Below are positions 49,884 to 60,627 of a DNA stretch of 64,000 nt, piece by piece. Source of the DNA: Salinispira sp. (GTDB lineage Bacteria; Spirochaetota; Spirochaetia; DSM-27196; Salinispiraceae). Positions within the stretch are counted from its first letter, which is position 1. Each line of letters opens with the position of its first letter. The stretch spans positions 64,001 through 128,000 of the forward strand of contig CBDDDG010000021.1 of NCBI GenBank assembly GCA_965226555.1, in the 5' to 3' direction. A program made the translations under genes and the position numbers. A model generated the notes under the pieces. The model searched no databases. It was given only the letters and a program-made list of their open reading frames with translations, and had not been told where the DNA came from.

Positions 49884-50944
49884 GATCGTACCTGTATTTC
49901 CTCCTGCTTAAGCTTAAGGGCTTCAATAATCTCGTCAATATTGCCCTGAAGAATCTGATCAAGCTTATGCAGGGTTAATCCAATGCGGTGGTCGGTAACC
50001 CTGTTTTGCGGGAAATTATATGTCCGTATACGCTGCGATCGGTCGCCGCTTCCTATCTGACTTTTCCGTTCGGCAGCCTCTTCGTTTCTCCTGCGGGTTT
50101 CTTCCATCTCGTAGAGACGCGCGCTGAGCACCCGCATTGCCTTTGCCCGGTTCTTGTGCTGCGATTTTTCATCCTGACAGTTTACCACAAGGTTGCTTGG
50201 AATATGGGTAATGCGTACAGCTGAATCGGTGGTATTCACACTTTGCCCCCCCGGACCGGAAGAACGGAAAACATCTATGCGCAGATCATTTTCGTTAATC
50301 TGAATATCAGTTTCCTCTGCCTCCGGTAAAACCGCAACCGTACAGGCAGAGGTATGAATTCGTCCGCCGCTTTCTGTTGTCGGTATCCGCTGAACCCTGT
50401 GCCCGCCGCTTTCATGGCGCAGGGTTCCGTAGGCATCCTTTCCCATAATCGAAAAAATAACCTCCTTCATTCCGCCAATTTCTGTCTCATTCATTGTCAT
50501 GAGTTCCAGTTTCCACCCGCGTTTTTCCGCAAAGCGGCTGTACATGCGGTACAGATCGGCAGCAAAGAGGGCAGCCTCATCTCCGCCGGTGCCTGCCCGA
50601 ATTTCAATAATAGTGTGCTTATTATCCATAGGATCACGCGGGAGAAGAAGTACCTTAAGTCTCTGTTCAAATTCCCGTATGGCATTATCAAGATGCTTCA
50701 GCTCCGTATCTGCCATTTCCTTCATTTCCGGGTCATTCATTATTTCCCGCGTTTCTTCACGGGCGGTAAGTGCCTTCTGATACTCTCCGTACAGATTCAT
50801 CACTTCACTCAGATATGAATTTTCCTGCATAATCGTCTTGTATTCTCCATGATTACGATGGATATCGGGATCAAGAATTTTCTGCTGCATTTCATTATAG
50901 CGCATCCGAAGTTTTTCCAGTTTTCCTATTAGTTTTTCGGTCAT
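49880..50944 (-). CDS. prfA: Peptide chain release factor 1
   Basis: [14 protein letters not shown] recognition loop, GGQ and IRTYNFPQ. Confidence 0.97.
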   Translation of the reverse strand: MTEKLIGKLEKLRMRYNEMQQKILDPDIHRNHGEYKTIMQENSYLSEVMNLYGEYQKALTAREETREIMNDPEMKEMADTELKHLDNAIREFEQRLKVLLLPRDPMDNKHTIIEIRAGTGGDEAALFAADLYRMYSRFAEKRGWKLELMTMNETEIGGMKEVIFSIMGKDAYGTLRHESGGHRVQRIPTTESGGRIHTSACTVAVLPEAEETDIQINENDLRIDVFRSSGPGGQSVNTTDSAVRITHIPSNLVVNCQDEKSQHKNRAKAMRVLSARLYEMEETRRRNEEAAERKSQIGSGDRSQRIRTYNFPQNRVTDHRIGLTLHKLDQILQGNIDEIIEALKLKQEEIQVRS

Positions 50945-51501
50945 GCCCGTATCCTGCGGGAGAAGGCAAATCCAAAAATTGAACCAACGGCGCCGCCGAC
51001 AATATGTGCCAACTGGGAAATAGAATCGGTCTGGAAGGCTGTCAGAAATTCCCTCATAAGGTATATGAGAAGTACAAGAAGAAAGGTGAGCGGCATATCT
51101 CCTTTTTGAACATTTACAAAGCTGGAAAGGAGAATCATCATGAAAACCAGCCCGCTTGCCCCAAGGAGGGTTACATTGCTGAGAAGGAGGCTGGCGATTC
51201 CGGTTGCCAGCGCTGTTATAATGATCATGAACAGGAGATTCACCGAACCGTATTTTTCTTCAAGTATGGGACCGAGAAGGAGAATGAAGGCCAGGTTACT
51301 CAGAAGATGTTCAATATCCGCATGTCCGAGCACATGAGTGAAAAGCCTCATCCAATCGAGAAGACGCCCCGGATTCATGCTTGGGCCAACAGAGAAAAAC
51401 CTCAGCTGTATACTTCCCGGCGTGAATATATCAATAAGAAGCACAAGGAAGCTGATGAGTGAAACAGTCAGGGTTGTCGGAGCATTGTAACGCAGACGCA
51501 T
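50941..51501 (-). CDS. Rhomboid family intramembrane serine protease
   Basis: H..HLLSN, GASG and AHIVG. Confidence 0.9.
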   Translation of the reverse strand: MRLRYNAPTTLTVSLISFLVLLIDIFTPGSIQLRFFSVGPSMNPGRLLDWMRLFTHVLGHADIEHLLSNLAFILLLGPILEEKYGSVNLLFMIIITALATGIASLLLSNVTLLGASGLVFMMILLSSFVNVQKGDMPLTFLLVLLIYLMREFLTAFQTDSISQLAHIVGGAVGSIFGFAFSRRIRA

Positions 51502-52292
51502 TATGGTATAGTCAATTCAATGCTTACGGGGCAGTGGTCAGAACCTGTTACATCGGCATGGATGCGGCTTGCGGACACCCTGTCCGTGAATCCGCCATTA
51601 ACACAGTGGTAGTCGATACGCCAGCCGACATTTTTTTCACGGGCATGTGAGCGGTAGCTCCACCAAGTATATTGCCGTGGTTCCTTATTAAATATTCTGA
51701 AAGTATCAACGTATCCGGCCTCAATAAAGGTATCCATCCATGCGCGTTCTTCAGGAAGATATCCGGGATTTTTCTCATTCGATTTTGGATGTTCAAGATC
51801 GATGGCCTTATGGGCAACGTTGAAATCGCCGCAGATAAGAATGTTCTTCCCGTCTCTGACCTGCTTGTTTGCCCATGAAAGAATTGCATTATTGAAATCC
51901 AGTTTATAGTCAAGCCGGGCTCCCTCTGCTTGGCTGTTCGGAAAATAGGCGTTGAGGAGCGTGAAGGTGGGAAATTCGCATATCAGAACCCGCCCCTCGG
52001 CATCGAAGCGGGAAAGATCAAAGAAACGCACCGATTTCGGTTCCTCCTTTGTAAAGGTAACAACGCCGCTGTATCCCTTTTTTTCGGCTGAGGCCCAGTA
52101 GCTGCGCCAGCGGCCGCCGGAAGGTTTACCGGAGTGGACTGGCTCCCGCAGCGATGCATCCAATTGATCAGGATGAGCCTTTGTTTCCTGAAGGCAGATA
52201 ATATCAGCCTCAGATGTCTGCATCCATTCCAGTAGCCCCTTTCTGGCAGCGGCTCTAATGCCATTTACATTCCATGAAAATATACGTTTCAT
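51501..52292 (-). CDS. xth: Exodeoxyribonuclease III
   Basis: SWNVNGIRA, LQETK, GDFNVAH, GWRIDY and GSDHCP. Confidence 0.96.
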   Translation of the reverse strand: MKRIFSWNVNGIRAAARKGLLEWMQTSEADIICLQETKAHPDQLDASLREPVHSGKPSGGRWRSYWASAEKKGYSGVVTFTKEEPKSVRFFDLSRFDAEGRVLICEFPTFTLLNAYFPNSQAEGARLDYKLDFNNAILSWANKQVRDGKNILICGDFNVAHKAIDLEHPKSNEKNPGYLPEERAWMDTFIEAGYVDTFRIFNKEPRQYTWWSYRSHAREKNVGWRIDYHCVNGGFTDRVSASRIHADVTGSDHCPVSIELTIP

Positions 52293-52353
52293 GGGTGTAT
52301 TGTATCAATGCTCTTTCGAATGGGCAAGTGGGTAAGGTATTCTGCAAAACATT

Positions 52354-52579
52354 CTTTGTGATACAATCTCCCGCGTGAGTATCGAAACAGCGCATATCTA
52401 CAGGCATGGAAACAGAAAGACAAATTTTTCTACACTGAGAGATGTATATCTTGCGGAGGCCACCTCCATTACAACGAAGAAATAGTGAAAAAGATAATGA
52501 GAGGATTGCGCGATTTCCGTTCCACAACATTCCCGTCTATATTCCGATACGGAATAAGCTCAAGGCGCAGGCCCCTGCT
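52354..52579. repeat. 226-bp duplicate of 54245-54470 (3' end and downstream region of the 54360-55685 gene)
   Basis: Direct repeat at an offset of 1891 bp, with 2 mismatches seen by eye. Confidence 0.92.
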
Positions 52580-52686
52580 CAAGTCCTTGCTCAACACCTG
52601 CCCGCCATGGGTCATCTAAAAGATCTACCAACATACGTTTTACCTCCTCAGGATTGTCCTGCCGGCTACATGGCGAACAAGGCCAA

Positions 52687-53712
52687 TTAATGCGATCCGT
52701 TCCGCACTGTCCGCATTTCCTCATCGCTCAGCCCGGTAATCCTCTGAACAGCCTCTGTCGACAAGCCTTCCGAAAACATACTGCGAGCGTTTTTTCTCCG
52801 CTCCTCAATATGCCCCTCCGCGCGACCTTTCAGAATACCTTTCTCCATTCCTTTCAGAATACCTTTTTCCATTCCTTTCAGAATACCTTTCTCAATGCCC
52901 TCAGCCCGGCCCTTCGCAATGCCTTCCCTTACGAAGGCGTTGGTAATATTATATGTCCGCATACTGTTTTCTCCTCCATGGTACAGTTCCCTGTTAATTT
53001 TTTCAAACTGCTCATACAGTCCCAGATCTTTTAGATATCCTAGCACACTCTCTGCCAGATCAGTAAAGTCTTGTGATGACAGACCATTCAGGAGCTGCGC
53101 AATCTCTTTCAGCCCCTCAGCGTTCATTTCATTATCTCGCATTATATACCACAACACAGTCGATGTATATCGTTTTCCATCGAAACGCCATGCCAACTGC
53201 TCCTTTTTCATTCTACAAAGATCGCGCACAATGTACGACACTCTCGCCCTGACATCTACCGTGCCTTCGGTAAGGGATTCGGAAGCAGCATTTCCATGAG
53301 AACTGTAAAATGTGAGTGGGAGGTTCCATTCCTTTTTTCCGTGGTAGAGCAGAAGTATATAGATAGCATCATTTTCATTGTACACATTGCTGTTTCTGAG
53401 GGCATATTGATAATTATCGATTTGTGTGAGAGCATGTTTGTGCTGGTAGCTTTTGTGTTCAATAATAAACAGGGCCTTCCGGTCGGGGTCTGACAGGAAG
53501 GGGGCGCTGACAACGAGATCGCAGTGAAGGTTCTTTTTTCCCGCAATGTAGCTGGGGGTTTCAATGCGGATTTTGTCTATGTCCAGCTTGGTAAGAGTCG
53601 TATCCTCACAGAACAGCCGCAGCAGGTCGGGAATCATACGGGGGGTTCTGTAGTAGGCGATCTTGAAGGCTATGTCGTGGATATGGCCTGTGCTGTGGGA
53701 TGATTTTTTCAT
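52687..53712 (-). CDS. Rpn family nuclease, close paralogue of 44010-44981
   Basis: Nearly the same sequence as 44010-44981, with a different repeat tract (GMEKGILK). Confidence 0.9.
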   Translation of the reverse strand: MKKSSHSTGHIHDIAFKIAYYRTPRMIPDLLRLFCEDTTLTKLDIDKIRIETPSYIAGKKNLHCDLVVSAPFLSDPDRKALFIIEHKSYQHKHALTQIDNYQYALRNSNVYNENDAIYILLLYHGKKEWNLPLTFYSSHGNAASESLTEGTVDVRARVSYIVRDLCRMKKEQLAWRFDGKRYTSTVLWYIMRDNEMNAEGLKEIAQLLNGLSSQDFTDLAESVLGYLKDLGLYEQFEKINRELYHGGENSMRTYNITNAFVREGIAKGRAEGIEKGILKGMEKGILKGMEKGILKGRAEGHIEERRKNARSMFSEGLSTEAVQRITGLSDEEMRTVRNGSH

Positions 53713-53746
53713 AAATATTCCTTCTATATCTATAACGGGTAAAATG

Positions 53747-53965
53747 TCATTTTTGACTATGTTTTTGAAAAGAATTTTGCAAAATTTGTGAATTTTTTTC
53801 GGGGAGTCGGGAATGGGGGATGGTATGCTCTGTGTTGATGCTCTCCATGCTCCGCGCGAGGCCTTTGTTGAAGTAAGAGTATATGAAATCCTGGAATATC
53901 TGAGCATTCCTGAAAGCATATTTCCAACTTTTGTCATGTACCATACCGATATATTTTCCGCTCAT
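53747..53965 (-). pseudogene. Truncated Rpn-like N-terminal fragment
   Basis: MSGKYIGMVHDKSWKYAFRNAQIFQDFI resembles Rpn N-termini; degraded copies near 45181 and 43869. Confidence 0.55.
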
Positions 53966-54359
53966 ACCATATAGACGGGTTAAATATGAACGGTGAATGA
54001 CAAAATGAGAAAATTTTTCAAAAAGTTTCTATTATTTTGCGATATTACTGTTTGATCAGCCCGGACGCATGGCAAGCCGGATGCGCTTGGGAGAGCAGGA
54101 CTGCAACGCGATCAGCCCGTACGCATGGCGAGCCGGACGCATGGCGAGCAGAATGATAATTGAGTGTTCATCCCTGCCGCCAATGGGTAAGTATCCGATA
54201 TTCTCCACACATCACTACCGAACAGTGAGTTTCCAGAGCTTCCACTTTGTGATACAATCTCCCGCGTGAGTATCGAAACACCGCATATCTACAGGCATGG
54301 AAACAGAAAGACAAATTTTTCTACACTGAGAGATGTATATCTTGCGGAGGCAACCTCCA

Positions 54360-55685
54360 TTACAACGAAGAAATAGTGAAAAAGATAATGAGAGGATTGC
54401 GCGATTTCCGTTCCACAACATTCCCGTCTATATTCCGATACGGAATAAGCTCAAGGCGCAGGCCCCTGCTGGTATAGGTGTAGAAAAAATTCATACTGCT
54501 GCGAATTGTTGTATTCGGGAGGGTGAAGCTCAATGCGCCGTCATATTCTTCCTGCAATTCAGGGGTAAGATACAGCGGGTAGGCAAGCTGAAAGGAGCCG
54601 GTGAACCATTCCGGGAATATATCGGAGCCGCTGCTTGAGTATGACCTCCAGTTTCCTCTGCCAGTATCATCCAATTGTATTGTTCCATAGCGGGTGCTGC
54701 CGAGTCTGTTGCCGCGGGAGAGAAGATCATTGAGGAGCTGCTGTCTTCGTTCCTGCTCCGTGGAAACAATCTGTTCAATATCGATGTTCTCCTCAAGGAG
54801 TATAAAATTTTCCGACAATATTTCGCGGCCGATGTTATATTGGATACTGATGCGAGTGTCGCTGTACACGGTAATGAGAAGGTCACTGCCGATGGCAAGG
54901 TATTCCTTATAGCGGGCGAGAAACAATTCTTCATAATCGAAGGTCAGCTCATATTCGGGTGTTCTCAGAATGAAATGGTTCGTTTCATTATCATGATAGA
55001 AACGATAGATGCTCTTAAAATGTGAAAGATCATAGGTATTTTCATTAATCATCCATTGAAAATATTCCGGGCGCCATACATTCGTCAGCACATTTTCAAG
55101 GTCCTCATCAACAGCTGCCAATTTTTCTTCAGTTGATATGCCGTCTGCATCGACCTTGTCCAGACGATATCCGAATATGTAGCCCCGTGTTCCATTCGAT
55201 GTGAGCACTTCAAACCAGTAATCTCGGAGGTTCGCAATTTCAATTTGATCTTCGGTCTGGCTGAGTATCTTTACCATTTCACCCTTTGAAAGGCGGTAAA
55301 TTATTGATGTTGATCGATCGGTGCCCATTGCATTCCTGATGGGGAGCGCCTGAATTTCAGCAATGCCGAAGTATGGCGAGAATTGTTCGTATTCCTGTCG
55401 GGAGAGTTCGAGTTCTGAATTGTTCCGGGCAATGTGTATTCTCCATGAATCGAGCTCAACTACCTGTTTTTCTCCCTCATTATCGGTATAGCGAATTTCG
55501 TAGGTGTTTCTCAGTTCTGATTTGTTGAAAATACTCACAATAGCGCCCGAGGGAATGGAGCCTTCATCGTGAGACCAGAGAAGAAGCCCGCGATCAATTG
55601 GACCGCAGGAAGACAGTATGCTGACAATAACGATACCAAAGAGAAAGTTTTTTAAGAAAAATATATATGGACGCGATATGCACAT
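54360..55685 (-). CDS. Lipoprotein with a probable SH3-like domain
   Basis: LSSC lipobox; YRLSKGEMVKIL...WFEVLTSNGTRGYIFG. Confidence 0.75.
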   Translation of the reverse strand: MCISRPYIFFLKNFLFGIVIVSILSSCGPIDRGLLLWSHDEGSIPSGAIVSIFNKSELRNTYEIRYTDNEGEKQVVELDSWRIHIARNNSELELSRQEYEQFSPYFGIAEIQALPIRNAMGTDRSTSIIYRLSKGEMVKILSQTEDQIEIANLRDYWFEVLTSNGTRGYIFGYRLDKVDADGISTEEKLAAVDEDLENVLTNVWRPEYFQWMINENTYDLSHFKSIYRFYHDNETNHFILRTPEYELTFDYEELFLARYKEYLAIGSDLLITVYSDTRISIQYNIGREILSENFILLEENIDIEQIVSTEQERRQQLLNDLLSRGNRLGSTRYGTIQLDDTGRGNWRSYSSSGSDIFPEWFTGSFQLAYPLYLTPELQEEYDGALSFTLPNTTIRSSMNFFYTYTSRGLRLELIPYRNIDGNVVERKSRNPLIIFFTISSL

Positions 55686-55714
55686 TCCTGTTCATATACC
55701 ATGAAAAGGGAATG

Positions 55715-56551
55715 TTAATCAATGATAATGAGAATACGCCCTTCCTGAAGAATTTTCCTCTGTGAAGGATAGTGGAGCAGAACATCGGCATCGGCGCGGG
55801 GAATAATGATGTCGGCGGGTGTTATGCCGAATGTTCCGACTGCCAGTATGCGCAGAGGATTTTCCCCGACCCGTTCACTGTTCTCGGTGAAATTTTGTGA
55901 GTAGGCAGCGCCGCCCCATGCCCGGGCATATTCAGGGTTCATTCTGTTTCGATCAACAATAAGGCGAAGGTTTTCATCGTAGATAACAGGAAAAACTGCG
56001 GGTTCCAGCGCGGCGGAAAAATTTTCACCATGAACCGGAAGTTCTCTCCGGGCATAAATAACAAGCCCCGTATATTCCGAGCCCGGCTGCCATTCGAGAA
56101 CCATTTCCATGGGGAAGGGGATCGTATGACGTACCAGAGCTTCAGTGAGGGCAGGGTAGAGGGCAAGCTCAAAACGGCTGAAAATGCTGTTTTCTTCAAC
56201 ATTGGGAATAGGGCTTGTCATGCTAACAGCATTACTGATCGTATCTGCTATCGTCAGCATGGAAGAATTCTCACGGGCAAGATCGCCGAATGTATTGCCG
56301 GAGGTAATTTGCAGGTCGAGTATCCTGTTAAACATGGATCGTACGGCAATTGTATGAATTTCACGTTCTGTTATATAAAACGATTCAGCATGACCACATT
56401 GTTCCTCATCCACTATTTTTCTGATCGAAAGCGAGAGTATACCGCTTTGCCAGTCCATAGTACTTTCTATGATTTCCTCAGCAACAAGATCAAAGGAAAA
56501 AATACTCATAATAAACAGAACAAAATACTTCATACCCTTCCCCTTATTCAT
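55715..56551 (-). CDS. Exported hypothetical protein
   Basis: Signal peptide; operonic position. Confidence 0.75.
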   Translation of the reverse strand: MNKGKGMKYFVLFIMSIFSFDLVAEEIIESTMDWQSGILSLSIRKIVDEEQCGHAESFYITEREIHTIAVRSMFNRILDLQITSGNTFGDLARENSSMLTIADTISNAVSMTSPIPNVEENSIFSRFELALYPALTEALVRHTIPFPMEMVLEWQPGSEYTGLVIYARRELPVHGENFSAALEPAVFPVIYDENLRLIVDRNRMNPEYARAWGGAAYSQNFTENSERVGENPLRILAVGTFGITPADIIIPRADADVLLHYPSQRKILQEGRILIIID

Positions 56552-57845
56552 TATCGGAATGCGTATCGTATACTATAAGACGCGCTCCAATGCTGAGAAT
56601 ATCATTTTGTCCGAGGTCATTGAGGGCCCGCAGCTCGTCAATGCTCATATTATAGCGTCTGCCTATATTCCACAGGGTATCGCCTGCCGCAACGGTATGA
56701 AAATGGTTTTCGCGCCCGCCGTTTTTGTTCTGCTCGCCGTTTTTGTTATGCCCGGCGTTTTTGTCGCTCTTGCCAGTTTCGTTGTTTTCGTGAATGGTGA
56801 TGGTGCTGCTGACGATATTGTAATATCGATGGGGAAATTTCACATAATGCTTCCCTGAAGGAACAATAGTATCAAGATACTCAGCATTTCCTGCAATGAG
56901 AGTGCTTAAAGGTATGCCGGTTTTTTCGGAAAATTCTCTGAGATTACCCGAAAAGCGAATTCGCTGCCAGTTATATGGAGGAGCCCAATCGAGCATAATT
57001 CCGAAGCGTCCCGGGTACATACTGAGAATGCTTGTTGCAATAAATTTGGGAACATAATGTGCGGTTTCAGCGCTTATGCGGTTATTTTCCGCGCCCTGTT
57101 CTAATTCCCAGAAGGCGCTGCCGCCATTGCCCGCGCTGCCGCCATTGCCCGCACTGCCGCTGTTCAATATAGCTCGGGTCATACGTCCGAGCCCTCCGTT
57201 ATAGGCGCCAATGGCGAGGAGCCAGTTGCCTGTTTCGCGGTAATTGTATAGCAGTTTCTCCGCTGCGGCATCGGTAGATTTCCAGAAATCGAAGCGCTCA
57301 TCCCATGAAGGACTCAATGCTGAAGCCTCAAGAAACGGAGCCATGGAATTATCGGCAAACTGCCACAGCCCCCGCGCGCCGGTGCGGCTTTCCGCAGTTA
57401 TATTAAAGGCCGACTCAATATAAACAATAGTAATAAGCTCGCCGGGCAACTGCCGTTCATGAAGGCTGGCCATAATAAAATCGCGGTAGAGTTCTCCACG
57501 CAATCGAGATTTCTGATGCGCCCTTCGGGAACTGGTTTTTAATGCCTCCGTAATTGCTTCACGAACAGGCGCGTGCTGAAGGTCTTCCGGTGAAAAAACC
57601 GAGAATAGGAGCGGTCCCGCATGAGTCTGAAGTGACGGCAGGGGAGAGTTCTGCGGATCGCCATATTCGCCCGACCATGCGGCTTCGCTATTGTTCCGCA
57701 GGGCATGAAGATTCACCGCCAAGAAAAATAAGAGAAGGAGAGAAAAAAGTTTCCGCGAGCGCAGTTTCCGAGAGTATACTTTCTGAAAGCGCGTTGCCCT
57801 AGAGTGTGTCTCCGAAAAAAATTCCTGCCCATTCCCAATTCCCAT
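56544..57845 (-). CDS. Lytic transglycosylase (SLT) with LysM domain, MltD-like
   Basis: IESAF, GARGLWQF, AYNGG, ETAHYVPKF and C-terminal LysM GDTLWNI. Start codon uncertain. Confidence 0.9.
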   Translation of the reverse strand: MGIGNGQEFFSETHSRATRFQKVYSRKLRSRKLFSLLLLFFLAVNLHALRNNSEAAWSGEYGDPQNSPLPSLQTHAGPLLFSVFSPEDLQHAPVREAITEALKTSSRRAHQKSRLRGELYRDFIMASLHERQLPGELITIVYIESAFNITAESRTGARGLWQFADNSMAPFLEASALSPSWDERFDFWKSTDAAAEKLLYNYRETGNWLLAIGAYNGGLGRMTRAILNSGSAGNGGSAGNGGSAFWELEQGAENNRISAETAHYVPKFIATSILSMYPGRFGIMLDWAPPYNWQRIRFSGNLREFSEKTGIPLSTLIAGNAEYLDTIVPSGKHYVKFPHRYYNIVSSTITIHENNETGKSDKNAGHNKNGEQNKNGGRENHFHTVAAGDTLWNIGRRYNMSIDELRALNDLGQNDILSIGARLIVYDTHSDNE

Positions 57846-58833
57846 GTATTTCAGGATCGGCAGGATAGTCTACTTTTCTGAAATAAAAATACCAGTTCGG
57901 AATGCGGTAACTCCAGCCGGAGGTTTTCAGAAAGGCCTCGGTCTCATTCACAATAGTGAAATCGGCATCGGAAGTAATTCGCGGGGTTCGAATTAAAAAG
58001 AGCCCAATATCGAAACGCAGTTGGCTGTTAAAATCGGTTACATCCTGCAGCCAGCTCATGGCAAAAAAAGTTTCCTTTGCCCTATACCGTTCAAGAACCC
58101 CCGGCTGCTTGCGCGTAAGCGCATTTTTAATGTTCTCCACAAGTGTTGTGAGGCTGGGGTGGGTCCAATCTTTACGGCTGTTATAATGAAAATCGAGCTC
58201 CCGGGCAATCTCCTGATGAATATCCGGTTTGCCGGGGACAGTTGTATCAGGATAATTCTGGAATTCTTCAAGGGCAGTAAAATAGTCCTCGAATTGCCCA
58301 TTCCCCCGGTATTCCTGCGCGAGCCTATACCATGTGCGCCCCGGGTTAATGCGTTCCGAAAAGCTGTTGAGAAGATGGCGGTAGTACCGTATACGGCGCG
58401 CGGGGTCAGTAACCTGAAATAATAAATTGTGCAGAGCAAGATAATGTATGGACTGATCTTCAACAATGGTGTCTTCATGAAGATTCAGCACCTGTTCATA
58501 ATAAAAATTGCTCATTTCGGTATTTCTGTCGCGATAATGCCCCGCAACAAGGAGCATATAATATCCGGTAAAGGAATCGTCCGGATTCTGAATACTATAT
58601 TGGTGAACAAATGATCGGAGAGAATCAATTCCCTCATCGGCAAGAATTTTTTTCAATAGATCGCGTATAATAATGAAGCGCCCCGAATAATTGTCTTCTT
58701 CCATAATTCTGCTGAGCAGCGGCGTATACTCGGCGCCGAGAAAGGCATAGGCGGAAACATCACCATAATCGTCCGAACAGGCGAGGAATATACCACATAC
58801 GAGAAAAATACAAACACAATTCTTCATGCGCAT
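57799..58833 (-). CDS. TPR-like lipoprotein
   Basis: FLAC lipobox; helical repeat character; C-terminal WEWAGIFFG. Confidence 0.7.
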   Translation of the reverse strand: MRMKNCVCIFLVCGIFLACSDDYGDVSAYAFLGAEYTPLLSRIMEEDNYSGRFIIIRDLLKKILADEGIDSLRSFVHQYSIQNPDDSFTGYYMLLVAGHYRDRNTEMSNFYYEQVLNLHEDTIVEDQSIHYLALHNLLFQVTDPARRIRYYRHLLNSFSERINPGRTWYRLAQEYRGNGQFEDYFTALEEFQNYPDTTVPGKPDIHQEIARELDFHYNSRKDWTHPSLTTLVENIKNALTRKQPGVLERYRAKETFFAMSWLQDVTDFNSQLRFDIGLFLIRTPRITSDADFTIVNETEAFLKTSGWSYRIPNWYFYFRKVDYPADPEIHGNWEWAGIFFGDTL

Positions 58834-58955
58834 GCATTATAGCATAAAATATGACAGAAACTTTTGCTTTCTGACAAAAGTTTCTCCTACATAGTTGACG
58901 CTTTGTAAAATTATTGATAAACTTTCTCTTAACTATATTCTGTATGGAGGAATGT

Positions 58956-60212
58956 ATGCAGATTTCTGATAATAAAGATAAGGAAAGCAGGAAGCGCTTT
59001 CTCAGCCCGCAGCTGCTGAGAGGGCTCTTTTTCATGTTTACCCTAATATTAATTCTCACGGCCTGTGAAATGTACGATGCGAACGGCTTTAACGATGCCG
59101 GCATTCATCAAGACACCGGCACGCGCTACAACCCGGACGGCTATGACGCAAACGGTTTTGATGCGGGCGGCTATAACGCAGACGGATATGACAAAAGGGG
59201 CTATGATGCGGGCGGTTATGACGCAGACGGCTATGACACAAGGGGTTATGATGCAAACGGTTTTGATAAAATGGGTATGCACCGCGACACCGGCACGGAA
59301 TATGACCGCTCCGGTTACGACAAAGACGGCTACAACGCCGCCGGTTTTAACGCGCTGGGCATTCACCGCGACACCGACGATTTCTACGACCCGAACGGCT
59401 ACGACAAAGACGGCTACAACGCGGCAGGCTTTAACGTTGAAGGAGTTCACCGCGACACTGGTAATTTTTATAACCCTTATGGTTACAACAAAGACGGCTA
59501 TGACACATACGGTTATGCTGCCGCTGGGTATCACAGAGACGATTTCACCACGCTCTCTGCTGCCGGGAATACTGATCCCACAGGCATATGGTCGAATGGA
59601 ACAACAATGTGGGTGTCGGATAATGACGATGACAAAATCTATGCCTACAACATGATTACTAAAGAACGCGATGCGGATAAAGATTTCAACACGCTCAGTG
59701 ATGTCGGGAATAATAATCCTCACGGCATCTGGTCGGATGGAACAACAATGTGGGTAACAGATAGCACCGATTCAAAAGTCTATGCCTATAATATGAGTAG
59801 CAAGGCAAACGAACCTTCAAAAACTATCTCCACACTCTCGGGTGTCATAGGAGTCTGGTCGAATGGGACAACAATGTGGGTGGCGCAGTTACTTAATAAT
59901 AGTCCCATTTATGCCTACACTATAAGTGATGGGATGTCCGATAGCGGTAAAGATATTGCCACTACGTCTACTCCCCGGGGACTCTGGTCGGATGGGACAA
60001 CAATATGGGTGACAGATAAGATGAGGAAAACAATTGAAGCCTACACGTTTGATGGAGTACGCACAAACGCAAAAGATATCGCCATACATACTACTGGAGA
60101 GATATACGATATCTGGTCGGATGAAGAAACAATGTGGTTAACGGATAACACCAATAACAACATTTACGCCTACGACTTAGCGGCCGGGGCGCGTCCGCCC
60201 ACGGGAGAATAA
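58956..60212 (+). CDS. Third GYD-repeat + beta-propeller lipoprotein paralogue
   Basis: RFLSPQLLRG...LTACEM leader as in the 27767 and 29313 genes; RBS GGAGG. Confidence 0.88.
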   Translation: MQISDNKDKESRKRFLSPQLLRGLFFMFTLILILTACEMYDANGFNDAGIHQDTGTRYNPDGYDANGFDAGGYNADGYDKRGYDAGGYDADGYDTRGYDANGFDKMGMHRDTGTEYDRSGYDKDGYNAAGFNALGIHRDTDDFYDPNGYDKDGYNAAGFNVEGVHRDTGNFYNPYGYNKDGYDTYGYAAAGYHRDDFTTLSAAGNTDPTGIWSNGTTMWVSDNDDDKIYAYNMITKERDADKDFNTLSDVGNNNPHGIWSDGTTMWVTDSTDSKVYAYNMSSKANEPSKTISTLSGVIGVWSNGTTMWVAQLLNNSPIYAYTISDGMSDSGKDIATTSTPRGLWSDGTTIWVTDKMRKTIEAYTFDGVRTNAKDIAIHTTGEIYDIWSDEETMWLTDNTNNNIYAYDLAAGARPPTGE

Positions 60213-60298
60213 GCGCCCGCAGGTGCTTGGAAAATATATTTCGTTATGATATACCTTGCCTATGAGCAAAAGTTTCAAAGAGTTTTTGGAGGATTCTG

Positions 60299-60460
60299 AT
60301 GCAGAAGTATGTGTGTGAAGTTTGCGGATACATTTACGATCCGGAAGAAGGCGATCCCGATAATGACATTGCCCCCGGGACATCTTTTGAGGCAATTCCA
60401 GATGACTGGCTCTGCCCTATGTGCGGCGCGGGAAAAGAAGATTTTTCACCCGATGACTAA
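60299..60460 (+). CDS. Rubredoxin (53 aa; absent from the ORF track)
   Basis: [20 protein letters not shown]...[24 protein letters not shown]. Confidence 0.95.
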   Translation: MQKYVCEVCGYIYDPEEGDPDNDIAPGTSFEAIPDDWLCPMCGAGKEDFSPDD

Positions 60461-60472
60461 GGGTAATTATCA

Positions 60473-60598
60473 GAAAGTTTTGCATTGGAAAATTGTGCAA
60501 GCACAATTTCCAGTAGCAAAACTTTCTATAAAATAGGAGAATGCTAAGCACAAAGAAAGCATTCCAGATCGGAAACTTTTGCTTTATGCAAAAGTTTC
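60473..60598. mobile_element. MITE family A, 126-bp rearranged copy with TSD TATCA
   Basis: TATCA at 60468-60472 and 60599-60603; the long hairpin precedes the spacer. Confidence 0.9.
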
Positions 60599-60627
60599 TA
60601 TCAGTCCCGAATCGTCAGGGGGTAATG

